Numbered from the stretch's first letter, positions 1-43,388 are shown. The stretch: DNA of 64,000 bases from Owenia fusiformis (GCA_903813345.2 CAIIXF020000001.1:45322001-45386000); one strand, 5' to 3'. The notes: a model not told the origin generated them from the letters alone. Program-made: numbers and translations.

Positions 1-319
1 ACCACATGTTTAAGTGAGACACTGGTGCCATATTTTATTCAGATAAAGGTGTACAATTTATAATCCATGGCTAGATAGCATCCTCGAGTTTCATTTGGTA
101 TGCAAATTATGATTTTGTACCAAAAATAGTTATAGCATTTCGATAAATTGGCGTTTTTTGGCACACACTGTATTTATGCCAGTACATATAATGTCTTGTG
201 AATCGTTCGAGGGTATTATTAAGAAAAATAGAGTTTATATATTTAGATAAAAAGTAATGTAAAAGGAAAGGAGGGGTTTTAATAAAAGTGAATGAAACAT
301 ATAATGATAATGCTTACAG

Positions 320-551
320 GCTTTGGGCTAACAGATTCCCCGGTCGGCCTAGCAGCATACATCTTAGAGAAATTCTCTACCTGGAGTAATAAGGAGAACA
401 GAAATGCCGCAGATGGGAATCTTGAGAAACATTTCAAGATCGACGACCTACTAACAAATGTCATGATCTACTGGACAACAAATACAATAACATCATCGAT
501 GAGATTCTATAAAGAATTATTTCAGGGAGATTGTTTTAGTTTAACACAAAG
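320..551 (+). CDS. EPHX1: Microsomal epoxide hydrolase, penultimate coding exon (5' part of gene lies outside the window)
   Basis: ttacag acceptor and AG|gtaagt donor. Translates GLTDSPVGLAAYILEKFSTW...LLTNVMIYW...SSMRFYKE, the EPHX1/JHEH-family segment containing the epoxide-activating Tyr. Confidence 0.93.
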
Positions 552-830
552 GTAAGTTGATTGCTGTAGCTTTTTGTATTTTAGATAATCAATGAAGTTA
601 TTAACTATATGATGTTATCCACTAATTATGTTATTCAAGATATTCAAGTAAAACAAGCGAGAGAGGAACGTTGACGTTTCAAAAAAAAAATCTCGATGGT
701 CTTTAACATTTATTGTTGAAATGCCTCTCCCGGCTCTCCCCTATCTCAATATATGCCGTAAATTGCATTTGTCTGATTATTGGGAATACTCATTGCTATT
801 TTGGATTAAGGTATCTGTTTTTTACTTCAG

Positions 831-1047
831 AATGCTCTCCACAGTGCCAACTGCGCTGGCCTGCTTTCCTCACGAGATAGCCCCGTGTCCACCGAAGGTT
901 TTGGCCAAGGATATGTACATTAACATTGTTCAATACACCGATTTACCCAAAGGAGGACACTTTGGTGCATTTGAACAACCAGAAATACTTGCTCAAGACA
1001 TTAGGAATTTTGTAAAGAAAATACAAGATAGGCAAAATAGCAAATAA
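831..1047 (+). CDS. EPHX1: Microsomal epoxide hydrolase, last coding exon
   Basis: tttacttcag acceptor in the correct phase (AG|A = Arg). Translates VPTALACFPHE (charge-relay Glu)...GGHFGAFEQP (catalytic His)...TAA at 1045-1047. Confidence 0.93.
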
Positions 1048-2019
1048 ACAATTTGCTCTTACTCGAGTGACAATGTGGAGTTTTGGAAGCTGATTTAAGC
1101 ATAAATGGGACAAAATGTAGAAAGGGAAAATATAATTAATTTTTGAATTGTTTTTTTTGGTGCTGCTTACCAAAATGAATGCTTAGATCGTTCAAGATAT
1201 CGGAAATAGTAGACGGCAGGACAATAGTTGAATAATGGAAAATAAGTGGAGGATGATGTTGACCCGGGGGTGTTGAAACCTGCGAAACGGACTTTACTGC
1301 ACTTGAATCATGCGAAAATAACTGCCGCTTCGAACTTAACTGCTCCTTGTTGGGGAAAACTAATAATGAAAATAGTTTTAATAGCATATCGTATGAGGCC
1401 TTGGAGAGAGTGGGCTCTAGATAGAGGATCATCGTCCCCTAACTATAAGGTCGCCGCTATGATACCTTGTTGTCCACATCACCATTTGGTACATATAGTG
1501 GCCTCAATTACAATTAGGAATAAATGGGGGCACTGAGCACCCCAGGTGACTCAGCACAAATAAAATGCAAAATCTCTTACATTTGACTTGATGTTATTGG
1601 TGTCAATTATGAATAAAATATAGAGAAAGCAAAACACGCGATTGACATTGATGTTGGGGGTAGGGGTGAGGAAATGGTAATGGCTGAGTGTGGGGAAGTT
1701 TAATTAGTAATTAGTGTGTCAACCAATGGGAGATTGGTGAGTGTGAATTAATCAGTGTAAGTTACCAGTCAGGAAGGGGTTATACTAAGACAAATGATAC
1801 AAATATATGCAATTACGTAAATCTTGAAGGTTAGAGGCATGGGGAAAGTGAAAGGTGGCAAACATTGGCCTTTGCATATTAGTATTATCTTGGTCTCCCT
1901 TCTGTTATCTGCCAAAGTTATCCATATCTATAGTTGCGTTATCTAGAGATATCCTATTGATGATATAGCAGAGCTGTCGAACTAATTATTTTCATTCAGT
2001 TGTTTCATTATCTGCTACA

Positions 2020-3096
2020 ATGATGAAATCTGCTCTTGGTCTTTTCGTATGTCTGGCATACGTCGCCCTCGCTCTTGGACAAGACAGGTTCGTAGTTATA
2101 ACATATTTATAGCCATTCGTATAGAATTGTTACCCTGATTCATAGTATTATGTACAATTTATTTTACTTGGCAAAATGGAATCAGTTTAACTCAAAAAGC
2201 AGAAAAGGAGAATGTTTTGTCAAATATCTTTCTTTTTAGCCTGTTAACCCCAATAAAGTAAGCTTGCATAAGAGTTTCAATGATTTCTCGCCGGAAAATC
2301 TGTCATCTAGCGATGCTCACACGGATCAAAAACATTAAAAAATGTATTTTCAGCTCTCATTGGTGCTGCGGCAGTCCAATCAAACCTGTTGAAAAGCTGA
2401 TTTCCAACCAAAAACCCCGAGAGGTCTCAAGGTCTGTGTCTGAGCTCGTGAAAGAAGGGGAAGAGAAATGCAATGAAGATGATGAGTGGTGGGAACCTTG
2501 GTGCCCCAAATATGTCACCAAATACAGGTAAGTGTTAGAGTGTACATTGATGTTTTCTCCAGAAATAATTATGACCATTTTGTGAAGGTATCATACTGAT
2601 ACACCCCCGGGTATACAACCTACGATCTTATCTGACCAGTCATGCATGAAATATTAGTATGTGCCGTATTTTCTAGGTTGAAATTCGCTTACCGAATGGA
2701 CACAGAATACCAAATGGTTGTTTCCCCAGGCGTATGCCAGGACCCAATTTGCTGCGAAGGATTTGTCCTGTTTGCCAAACAATGCATGCGTAAGACAGTT
2801 TAAAACGTCTGAATAATAAATGAAATGTTGCCAGTTATACGATCCCCATAAAGTCATATGATTTAAGGCAGATATAAAGATGGCAGTAGTTCAGTTAATA
2901 TTTTCGGAGAATATATGAACTTTAAAAAGGTTGATTGCCATGAACATGATTTCTATCACCTTACGTCTATGGACTTGGTATTGATTGTTCCGATGAATGT
3001 GCCCACTATTACACGTGCTTTATTTTTCTCATTGCAGGACCTAAAGATGTTGAAATGTACAAGAAGCTCATTGAACGTGGACTCATCGATGTTTAA
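2020..3096 (+). CDS. Small secreted Cys-rich protein with EMI-like domain, 137 aa; join(2020..2087,2354..2527,2677..2789,3038..3096)
   Basis: Four exons with GT-AG introns and consistent phases (2,2,1), 414 nt in total. Protein: MMKSALGLFVCLAYVALALG-QDSSHWCCGSP...KCNEDDEWWEPWCPKYVTKYRLKFAYRMDTEYQMVVSPGVCQDPICCEGFVLFAKQCMRPKDVEMYKKLIERGLIDV*. Hydrophobic signal peptide, Inr-like TCAGTT at 1996-2001, AATAAA at 3119-3124. Confidence 0.85.
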
Positions 3097-5029
3097 AAAT
3101 ACACTGGTTTTAATTTAAAATAAAATGCCTCAAGATTGAATTTTCATGTCACTAGTTATTATTACTTATTGCAGTCCATGTTAAAACTTAGCTATTTGTC
3201 TTCGTCAGTGCTAATTTGAGCCACTTAGCCTCATACCCTTTCGTTTCTAAATGCAACCGGGAATTAAACCTGGACTCTTGCAAAAATGTAGTATACTCTA
3301 CACTCGTACATGCCCTTATGTTCTCACTATTGACACAAGTGCTCTTTTAGTTCTAGGTTATTTTATGAAATAAACTTTAAGTCTCTTGATGCCTTCCTCA
3401 TTCATGTAATTATACTTTTTTTTTGAATTCTAAAGATAACCAAACTTGTTTTGGTGACAATAAAATGGAAAAGGTCAAAATGTTTTTGTCATTATCCCAT
3501 CTTCAAGGCTAGTAAGTAGTATGGTATCTTGGGTAAATATAAGAAAGTATTATTGAATCAACTTTGTATGTTGCAGTATACTTCCAAATCATTACTCTCG
3601 GGTCATTCCCTGATTTTTAGCTTGCTCTGCTCAACCTATCCATCTTGGCATATTGATGTGATACAAATACAAAAATCTTTGTTTTCATAACACATTATAT
3701 ATTTTTTTTCTTATTAAAGGTTTTTCTTATTTTACATAGGATATAAACAGTAACCTACACATAGCATAAATCACATACGAGCCAATTGACCCAAAAGCTG
3801 TAGAAATGTGACTCTCTTATTTTACTAGCGTATCTCATATCAGGAATATCACTGGTACCCTCTGGAAGGCTCCAGACCTGATCATAAAAGGACACATGCT
3901 TTTTACCATTATGTACAAATGATGGTCATCAAAAAGAATTCTAAAAGCATTCTAAAACAATAGGGTAACATGCCTACAGCTGTATGGTGCACTTATTTAA
4001 CATTTTAGTTATGACATCACAATCCCTTGAAATATTGATTGGATGGATCATTTTACATTTAGATACAATTGAAAATTATGACAGTGTGATGAACTGCTTT
4101 GGCTTTGTTCTCAAATATGATACATGTTCAGAATTGCTATTTAGCATTTTAGTTATGACATCACATATCCTAGAAGTATCGATTGGATGGATTTTGTTTT
4201 CAATCAAATATAATGTAATACTTTAACTCCAGTTTTCCTTTATTTGTGATAAATGTTAATATTCACGTTCAAATATATTTTCTTCAACATTAATGATGGT
4301 TTGAGACAATTACAATGCTTATTTATTAGATAAAGCCAATATTCTCACAGAATATTTGGAAAGACAAAATGATAAATACACCGATTTACAAAACAAAATA
4401 TTATTACATTTAACAATTATTGGACATAATGCACCAATAGCATGTGACAATAATGCTAAGTAATCCTTATGTAAATAAACTAATGACTAAATATCCATTG
4501 GCCTTTCTCCTATGTACATTTATATGGATTTCACCAATGACTGATTCGGAGACAACTTCAGAGTGTTGGCCCCAACTGACACACATGCACTGGTATATGC
4601 AGTTTATATACAAGCTTATCTTACAGTTTGGCTATTTCATCCTACCAACCCTAAGGCCTAGGCTAGGTGTTTACTATCAAATATATCCTCAAGAATAAGA
4701 GTTGTTATTAGTGCCTAGGAATACTGTTCAGTTGCAATTGGTCCTACATTAATAACTATGATGTGCTTAATTTTGATTCATGGCTGCAGTTGTGCTGTAC
4801 AATTTCATTTGAGCAACTTCCTGAAATGCCTCTAAATTGTGTTTGAACTCCCAGTATAGCCACACAGCCATTAACTTTCATGACAATCCACAACTGAATA
4901 TATGAACTGTTTAAACAATGGGTATGCTGTGCGCACAAAATGAAATGTACATCTGGTAGAAAGAAACTCATGTGTTGGCACCCGTTATATGAGACTGACT
5001 AAAAACCCTTTGACCATGTTTCATGCAGT

Positions 5030-5350
5030 CCTCACGCTTCATGTAGCCTTATGCTACATGTAGTCCTCACTTTATGTAGTCTTATACTAAAGATAGTCTA
5101 CATGTGACAATATGTCTACAATGAAATGCAGACCCATGCTTCATGTAGTCTCATGGTATGTCTACGTGCGGCACGTCTACACTTTAATGTAGTCTTATGC
5201 TACACGTAGTCTAATAATGCAATATGTAGACTACATGCGAAGTGTCTACACTTTAATGTAGTCTCATGCTACATGTAGTCTAATAATGCAATATGTAGAC
5301 TACATGCGAAGTGTCTACACTTTAATGTAGTCTCATGCTACATGTAGTAT
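5030..5350. repeat. 69-bp tandem repeat rich in TACATGTAG/GACTAC palindromes, in the probable PKA 3' UTR
   Basis: GTCTACACTTTAATGTAGTC recurs at 5175, 5244 and 5313 (period 69), with degenerate copies further left. Confidence 0.8.
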
Positions 5351-5614
5351 GCACAGCCTGGTTTTTATCCTTTCCCGATATATACACATCTGTCCAGCCC
5401 CCAAGAGAGCACCAAGTAATGACACAATCAAACAGCTGGTTGTTATATAGGTATAAAACTACAATTTGACATCCCAGCATTGTGACCTTGCTGCATGGTG
5501 ACATTCCTGTACTGTGTCATCCCTGAACATCTTCAAGTCAATGCTACAATCCTTCAACTGTCCATCCACAAACATCCCAATAACAACCACCTGTACTTTG
5601 CTCCATTCATCACT

Positions 5615-35253
<29,639 letters not shown>

Positions 35254-35616
35254 ACTTTAATGAACTAATCTGTTATATTAACTGTGTGTAATCCTGACAA
35301 CTTTCGATAAAAAACTGAGTTATTCACACGAATATTTCCACTTGTCAAATCTGTCGTCTTCCAGAGGCAAATCACAATAATAATATTGGTCCGCGGAATG
35401 ATATGTGATTTCAGATATCATTTATTATCATCATAAGGTTATATTGATAATAACAGAAATGACTATCGTGCATAGAACAATATATCAGGTTGTCTTCTGA
35501 CTATGCAATTGCTTTTCAGTCGTGAAACTACTTATTCTAGAAGGAAAATAATAGAATTATATTATAGCGCTCATTAATAATTTGCTGTAGTGATGCTATT
35601 ATGGGATAGCTCAGTA

Positions 35617-35656
35617 GTCACGTGACACAATTAGTTCAATGGATAAAGGCGGGAAA
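35617..35656. promoter_or_regulatory. Candidate promoter motifs upstream of PKA exon N1
   Basis: Perfect GTCACGTGAC E-box palindrome (35617-35626) and E2F-like GGCGGGAAA (35648-35656), about 370-400 bp upstream of the ATG. Confidence 0.35.
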
Positions 35657-38600
35657 TTCAATTTTAGCACAGAGATGAGAACTTTTGAGAAGTTCAGGTG
35701 AAGTTGCTGTAATTGCTGTTCTACGTTGAGAATTACTGATATTATGGCCTAATTTGGCCTCTATGTCAGTATGTAGGCTCAGAGGCATCTAAAACATATT
35801 TATATGTCTCTGGTAGGCTAGGCTATTATTTTTCGAGCGAAATGATATAGCATTCGTAACAAACTTGTAAACTATCTTAATTTTTTACCCACGAAGGCCG
35901 CCACAAACTATAAAGAATTTAAAATCATCAACAATGCAATAGATTATCATATATGTAAAATACACGTCCGATATTTTAGATAGATAAAAACTTTGTACAT
36001 TTCAGTTGAATTTAATACTGGCATATCTAGTCTAAAATGCAGCAAACCTACAGTCCTCTTATAATTTAGGGAGTTTCCTTTGTCACATTATTTGTGGTAA
36101 AACTCACAGAATATACATAAAACTGGATACAAAAAAGTATAGGAAGTCAGAAACCTTTTAGAAATGTATATTGTTATTAAAACAGGAAGATGGTTTGAAA
36201 AGTAAACTAATAGGATATCTCTGATCTCACGTGGGGTAGGAGTCAGTAGTCGCGATAGCGCGAAAAATCAGGGGTCTAAAAATTTCCTGGTGAGAACCCT
36301 GGTGTTATTATGATTTTAAAGGAAGTAGCCTAAGCTTAGACCTAAGCTTATCAGATGAAGCAAGCAACCTTAACAAAAACAACATTTAAATATTGGGAGA
36401 ATTTAAACATTTTCCAACTTTTTTCACTTTGAATCTTAAATAACTTCCAAACCATTGATAACGTAGCCTATTGGAGATATTTTTAGAGATAATATACTTT
36501 TAATCAGAAAATAGTCGATCGAACCGTTGTGAAAGAAATGGTGGTCCCCCTGATTACGTATAAGATAATGAGGGAAAGAGTTGTATTGAGGTCACCATAT
36601 ATATCAATGGAGAGTAGGACCATAATCTGATAGGAGCTCCTACCCTTTTATACCCTTTGCATTCGTTTGACTTCACTTCTTAAAAGAGAGCTTCGTCTTC
36701 AGTAGTTTAGTAGACTCTGCACGCAGGGTAACCCTTTTACACCGTCCATAACCAAGAGCAGATATATCTGAAAAATTATTGCCATGGGCCTCAAACTCAA
36801 TACAATTTTGAACCATTCGATATCCAACACTTGGTTCATAGCCTGCATTCCAAAATAGGCAACTTGAAAAGTTAGAAATGTAACCATTTGTAAGTACTCT
36901 CGATTGGATTTTTTTTAAAACAACCAAACTTTCGAATTCTCTTTTCAGGTCCAATCATGTCATGATGAAAAATAAATCAACGAAAACGAACCAACCCCAA
37001 CCGAACTGTAAATTTAAATTAATGTAGCAAATAAATAAATAAATATATACATAAATAAGGCACAGCATTTGCAGAGTTCAACTATTTGTAAAAGTTATAC
37101 TTGCATTTATTTCGTCGTCTAAACATTTTCGGGATTCCCCAGCATGAATCGAAATCCGAATATAATTCTCTTTGTTAGAATAAGTCTCAAATAAGAGTTA
37201 ATTTCCTTGTACACCGTCTCTGACACCAGTTTGAATATAGAAAGAGGAAATAATGTCCTCAGAGTAAAGTTTGATAGGTTTTTATTCAAGTTTGTATTAT
37301 GACATTTATTATACACTCAGCATAAACTGATAACACCGATGTTACTCAATTTCACCACATGGACATGATATTAAGGAATTGATGAATGTGATATTTGGAT
37401 ATTAGTTTGTAACAAATACTTAGTTGCTTTGAATCAGATGTGTTACATGTGGATTAATGGAATCGAATTTTGTTTACCGTATATAATTAATCATTATACT
37501 ACTTCTCAATGTCATTATTATCTAAGTCTTATTTCACCTTCATATATACAATTCGTTGAGAAAATGAGGAAATGGCTGTTCTAAGATAAGTTACTTTTTA
37601 CAGTCTATATGACACGTATTCGTGATAAAGAAACATAGATACACACTTCAGATAAATTCAAGTACTGAAAAGGGGGCTCCCAAAGAGAAATTCAGGATCT
37701 TTCATTAAGCTCAATTTAGAGTTTTATTAATACGAGAGAGGCATCATATGATGTAGACTTATATTCCCCGATCTGCTCCAAAAAATGAAAGGTCGTTGTC
37801 CGGTACTTTGCCACAAATAAATTAACATACCGTTTGAAAGTTCTGACTTCCCTTACTAAAAAACATGTTTCGTTTAATTAACCTTTGACTGATTAACAGG
37901 ACAATATGAAATTTGGAAAATGTCAAAAACATAAAAAATCTTGGGTGACAAAAACTTTACTCAAATATCTACGATGGCTTAGGAATATGATGATATTCCC
38001 ATGTTAAGTCAATAGTGCATATCCCATCATGCCATCCTTGTTCAAACCCTCATTTTCAAAGTGAAAGCCCATGTTACCTAAAAATGTTACATAACCCAAT
38101 TAAGATTAAATATGTAGGAACATTATGCAGTAGTTGGCTTTTGTGGCGGACACCTGGACAACCAGCTCAACTTATCTGAGAAAAATCAGATCAGGGATTA
38201 ATCTCCCTTGTAATTTTGTCACTGTCGTGCCCATTTGTCGTCATATCGCCATGTATGCCATCTATAAATTAAGGTGAAACTATTTTCTAGTTTGGTTTGC
38301 AGGACAAATCTGCGCCATTCTTTCTTTTGTTCTTATCCTTTGATTTACAAGGTTTAAGTTGCTCCAACTTCATCTTGTGTACTACACGTTTTAGCCATAA
38401 AGTATTTCTTTTATTTCTTCATAAAAAACTTGATATTGGAATCTAATATAAGACTCTGTGAATAGATGTAATATCTTATTTTCTCTAATTGCTATTGTCC
38501 TTTGATACTTATCAAAACTCTTCTTGCAACTGATATCATTAGAAAGAAGAACAGACTACGGTATAGGATGGTGGCTAATATTCTTTTTCTCGGTAAAGGA

Positions 38601-41600
38601 TGAGAAAAGAACTATCAAAGAAATGTAAGGATTCAAACTGTGATTAAATTAGAGAATCGCTATGCACTCGTGTCTCGTTTAGAAAACGCCAATGCATCAC
38701 CATTCATTATTTTTAATTGAGGAATAGTGTCGCTGACATAATATAATGCATAAAAAACATTTTGAAAAATCACCAGCCGGGGTAGACTTATTAGTTAAAC
38801 ATGATATCAAACAAGGACTTCTATTATCTGCCAACTATCTAGCAAGTTAAGCAATCTGGCATTGGATTATACAAAATGAATATATGAATTCAAAATTCAT
38901 CATTTATCATTGTTCAGAATCTATGCAAAGAGGGAACCAGAAATCACAAGAGGAAATATTTGGCAAACGAAGAAAAGCAACCTAATAGAATACGTCAAAC
39001 AAGAATAATCAGTAAAACAGTTCGACAACACCTGAATGACTTTTAATTGGGTAAACGAATTATGAATTATTATCCAAAAAATGAAGAACCCGGGGAAGAA
39101 CCTTCAAAAGTATCTGTAGTTAGGTTCTTAATAAATATACCCAGATGTTCTCTGTGTTGTAACAAATAAAAACGTATACAATAACAAAAAAAGTAGGACA
39201 AACTCACAGAATGTTGTACAATCCCGGGGTTCTTTCTCCTTATTCTTGCCACCACGACCCAACGCCGATAGCATCGTGACGATATCCTTTTGAATGTGTT
39301 ACAATATCAGGAAGATATAAGGCTCTATTACTTTTGTTTTCCACGCCAAGCTATATTCCCGATGAACTCCTTTCAATAGCTAAAGAACATTAATCATCCA
39401 AGACATCGAAATCAAATCATATTAATGTGATATCAATCAGTAAATGGATGTAGTAATACATCTAGTTGATTCCAAAAGTTTGTTATAATCCTTTATGATG
39501 TTAAAAATATCCGAGTTGAGTTAAAACCTGGATTTATGTAAGTTCAGTCCTTATCAATGGTTGTCTTGGTTTACAAGGAGCCAGAACTCAATAAAACATT
39601 CCTCGAATATAAACTCTGCTTTCGATGTTCTCTATCTGTGTGCTTATAGGCAGACTTTGATGATTTTCTACGATTCAAACAACCAACTTAAAACATCCAA
39701 TTCGAGGGTCCATACGGCAGACCTCGCTTGCTGTATGTAGGCTTAGAAGTTTCTTTTGATGTTACCTTAAATTCGAATATTATCTCTTTGTCTTCTCCTG
39801 TTTTTTTGTTGTGCTTGTAAAAATTGAAATTTTTCAGGTAAGTCTATTCTACATATAGAGATCTTCTATTGTGAGTACATACTATTACATCTGTTGAACA
39901 TAAATGCTTTCATTCGCAGATATTCAGATTGTTGAAGGTTATGTTTAGATAGATATAATGGTTTATATGCATTACGGGGCTTTGTTGAATTAAATCCTCC
40001 TCTAAAAGCTAAATGATAATCATTATTTTACTTATCTTTTTCTGAACCCAGTTTAATTATTACATTAGATACACAATAGTGTGTCGAAACGATAGAATGG
40101 CTACATTTACCGGTTTTCATGAAATCGGATATAAAAGTAGTCTATCACAAGGTTACTTTATTGCATTAGCAAATAATTACTTAACATTTTGTTTGTTACA
40201 ACTTATAGAATTACCAACTGGCGAGGCATTTTCATTTATATTGAAATAGGATTTTGTGCGTTTCAAAGATAAATAGGTCGGGTTCACATCAGGTCTTATT
40301 CAGCTCATGGACCTCTATCTTCATGTTCAGCTCAAGTCTTAGGCCCACCATTTATTTATAAGTTAAACCAACGTACAACAAGAATTAACCTACTTTGATT
40401 AATTGATCGAGGGAATTATTTGAAATTGTGTGATGAATCCAAACTTATATAAAAACGCAATGTCCTGTTATTTTTTGAATTTGAACAAAAACAACACTTT
40501 AGAAGATTTATTGCGAAGGCATTAGCGAAATATACACGACCAGCTTATATCCTTGGGGTAGATATAAACGTCAGATGGATGCTATATTTAGTATTATCAA
40601 TGATAGAGCTGAGTACCAGGGCATACTAAACGTACAAAATTTAATATCAGATATTGAATTATCGTTTCTAGAAAAAATATTGTCTTGCTAAGTGTCTGCG
40701 AATCTCCCATACCCATACAAGCCTCACTTCCACCTTAAGTAAAATAAATAGTGGAGGAGGGGGGGGGGGTCCAGAGACATGATGAAAGACTAGTAAAATA
40801 TACTCCAAGGAAAATACAGCTCGATAGTTCCTTTTCTGATGTTTCCGAAGTGAAGTTATTATGGATTCAAAAATAGGTGAAAAATGTTTAAATCCTCCCA
40901 AATAAACTCTTTAGTTTTCCTGAAATAAAGTGTTCACTTGGGGGATTTTTAGAAATTATACAAGACAAGGAATGACACGAGCCAGAAATATTCTAAAATT
41001 GAAACAATTCTTTCGCTTGATCTGATCCTCTCTTTAATATAAAGTCATCTTCATTCCAAGATCTTCCAGCGAAAATCACAAACATTCACGTACCTTATTG
41101 AATTAACTCTACAGGGCTACCAACATACGCGCAGATGTGAACGCCATCTTTTAAACAATGTACAAAATAAAAGCATGTAACCACAACTTATTGTTGAAGG
41201 AATATACAGTATATATGTTGCAAATCAAGTCATGGTCATGGTTTATCTTGATTTTCAATTAATAAAAATAAAATTTAAAATGATAAAAAGATACCGACTG
41301 AGGCGAGGCTAACAAGTTTTCAGCTTTGGGACATATAAATTTCGTGATATCGGTCACATTTGATTTTGATTTTCTTAAAATTTAATCAAACTTTCCAGTG
41401 TTTCATGGTGAAATCTAAAAATATTTACGATTCCCAGATTCCCCAAGAGGTGAGTGAATGGTGAGAAATACGTCCGATGGGTCATTTGAACTGAATGATT
41501 TAAGCAAAGTTGCCATTTTCGATTTTCTCAAATATATTTGTTAAGAGTTTATAATACCCTGCGCGCAGAGTATAGTTATAAGCTCTCTTTTAAGAAGCAA

Positions 41601-43279
41601 AGTCGAACAAATACAAAGGGCAGATTTTATACTTGCAATATGTAATGAAAATATGACTGATTGCAGAAATGAAAAATATGGCATTCTTACGAGTATTGAA
41701 CACTTAGTCTGTCGTTGTTAGCTAAAATAACTCATCTGATAAAATTATACATATTATCGTATGATCTGTATAATGAAGCCTTCCGATTGGTCAGTTTTTG
41801 TGCTGTATCAATCTGTATTGCTGCTGATTGTCCCTATTGATCATCTCCGTCGCAATACAGAAAATATTGGTACGGAGTGGACATTCTCAGTTGCAGTACA
41901 GAGAATCAAACGATAAAAACGCTCGTGCTCTCGACTCGACTCGACTTCGTCTCGTTCCAATACGGAATTTCTCGAGCAGAATATATCCTGTATTGCACTT
42001 CAAATCATTCAATAACTTATTTATAGTATTGCATTCAAAAGTCACGCTAACAATGTTATTTTCGAAGAAACTAGATCCCCTGATCATATCGATCGCGATT
42101 GATGTGATAGCTAACAAATTGGGTCTATCGTGAACTTTATCAAAATCATGAGCAATAGGAATAACCTAGAAGTACAAACATTTTGAACATTTGAATAGAT
42201 GGTGCTTAAACATAATATGCTTTTTGTTTGTTAGCCGAGACATACCACAATGTACTCGTAGGTAGGGTTAGGAAAGAATGGTTACCTCGGTACCCATTTC
42301 AGCAATATCTGAATAAACAGGGAATCAACAGGGATCCGTTCAGTAATTTCCATCATTTCTTTCAAGTTCCTCAGATTTCAATAAATAAAAGTCACCGTGC
42401 CGTGTGCTAAGATTTGTTATGTTCACACGCTTTTATGTATTACTTGTGCATTTTGGGATATAATACTTATATGTGCGACTACGGAGGGGTTCATATTGTT
42501 GTCTCTATTGCATTTAAGACACATGCAAAGCCAAGTGCACTGTTGGTATAGTCGAGAATGTAAAAAAATACTTCATAAGCAGGAATACGTGTTCATATGA
42601 GCTCATATGGCATGCGATGAGATCATAATACTGATACATAATACATAGCCTATGATATACCATTGGAAAGGTCACCCAATTTGTATTTGAATGATACTTG
42701 ACTGTCGATGCAAATTGTTGAATTTAGTTTTATAATGCTTCTGGACACCACCCTTTCCCAGAGTTTGCCTATGCATTTCACAACGGAGTGATTGGTTCTG
42801 CTAGACTCTTGAGTCTTATGACAGATTACGTAGTTATACCTACTCTTTGACATCAACTTTGTAAGTAATGTGTGAATAATATGAACTAAATTGAAAGGTG
42901 CAATTTACAAATATTTTATAACATATGCCATATCATATTATCATGCAGATCCGACTGGTATATTATCTGCTGTCATCTTAAAATGATTATATTAGTTGGC
43001 TCGCCCTGTATTTTCAAATCTCGTTCAAACACCAGCAAGGGTTGTTCCCAAGTGTCCAACCTCAAAATATCCATTTGGTAGCATTTTGAATGTAAACTCA
43101 AAACTATATTGACTTCAAACTTATGACAAGTCATCTGATAGGAATTTCATTTGCAATGAAAAATAAATACATGCATGGTTACGAAAGTTCTTAACCCACT
43201 GCACAATAAACACATGCAAAGCCCACTGCACAATAAACACATGCAAAAACGATAGTGGAAATCTCTATTTAGTACTTAC

Positions 43280-43388
43280 GGAATTCGTTCCATTTGCCCA
43301 CAAACTCCCCAAGGCCTGCTGGAGGGGGCTTGTGTTTATCTGATTTAGAACCAAACAGGCTGAAAAAGCCCTTTTCCTTTGTGGCCAT
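43280..43388 (-). CDS. PRKACA: PKA-C alternative first exon (N2-like, non-myristoylated)
   Basis: acaatATGG start; MATKEKGFFSLFGSKSDKHKPPPAGLGEFVGKWNEF + C|gtaagt; phase 1, in frame with exon 2. Confidence 0.72.

Noticed and set aside
1136..1536. Overlapping 96-98-aa ORFs after EPHX1
   Set aside because: No recognisable motifs; the region is probably the EPHX1 3' UTR, with AATAAA signals at about 1519, 1559 and 1612.
38500..39850. Possible + strand gene (several gtaag donors and short hydrophobic peptides)
   Set aside because: I could not assemble a stop-free, phase-consistent model or recognise a family.
43030..43100. Alternative exon 2 for the N2-like isoform (WEQP peptide)
   Set aside because: No in-phase acceptor, a weak donor, and no A-helix pattern.
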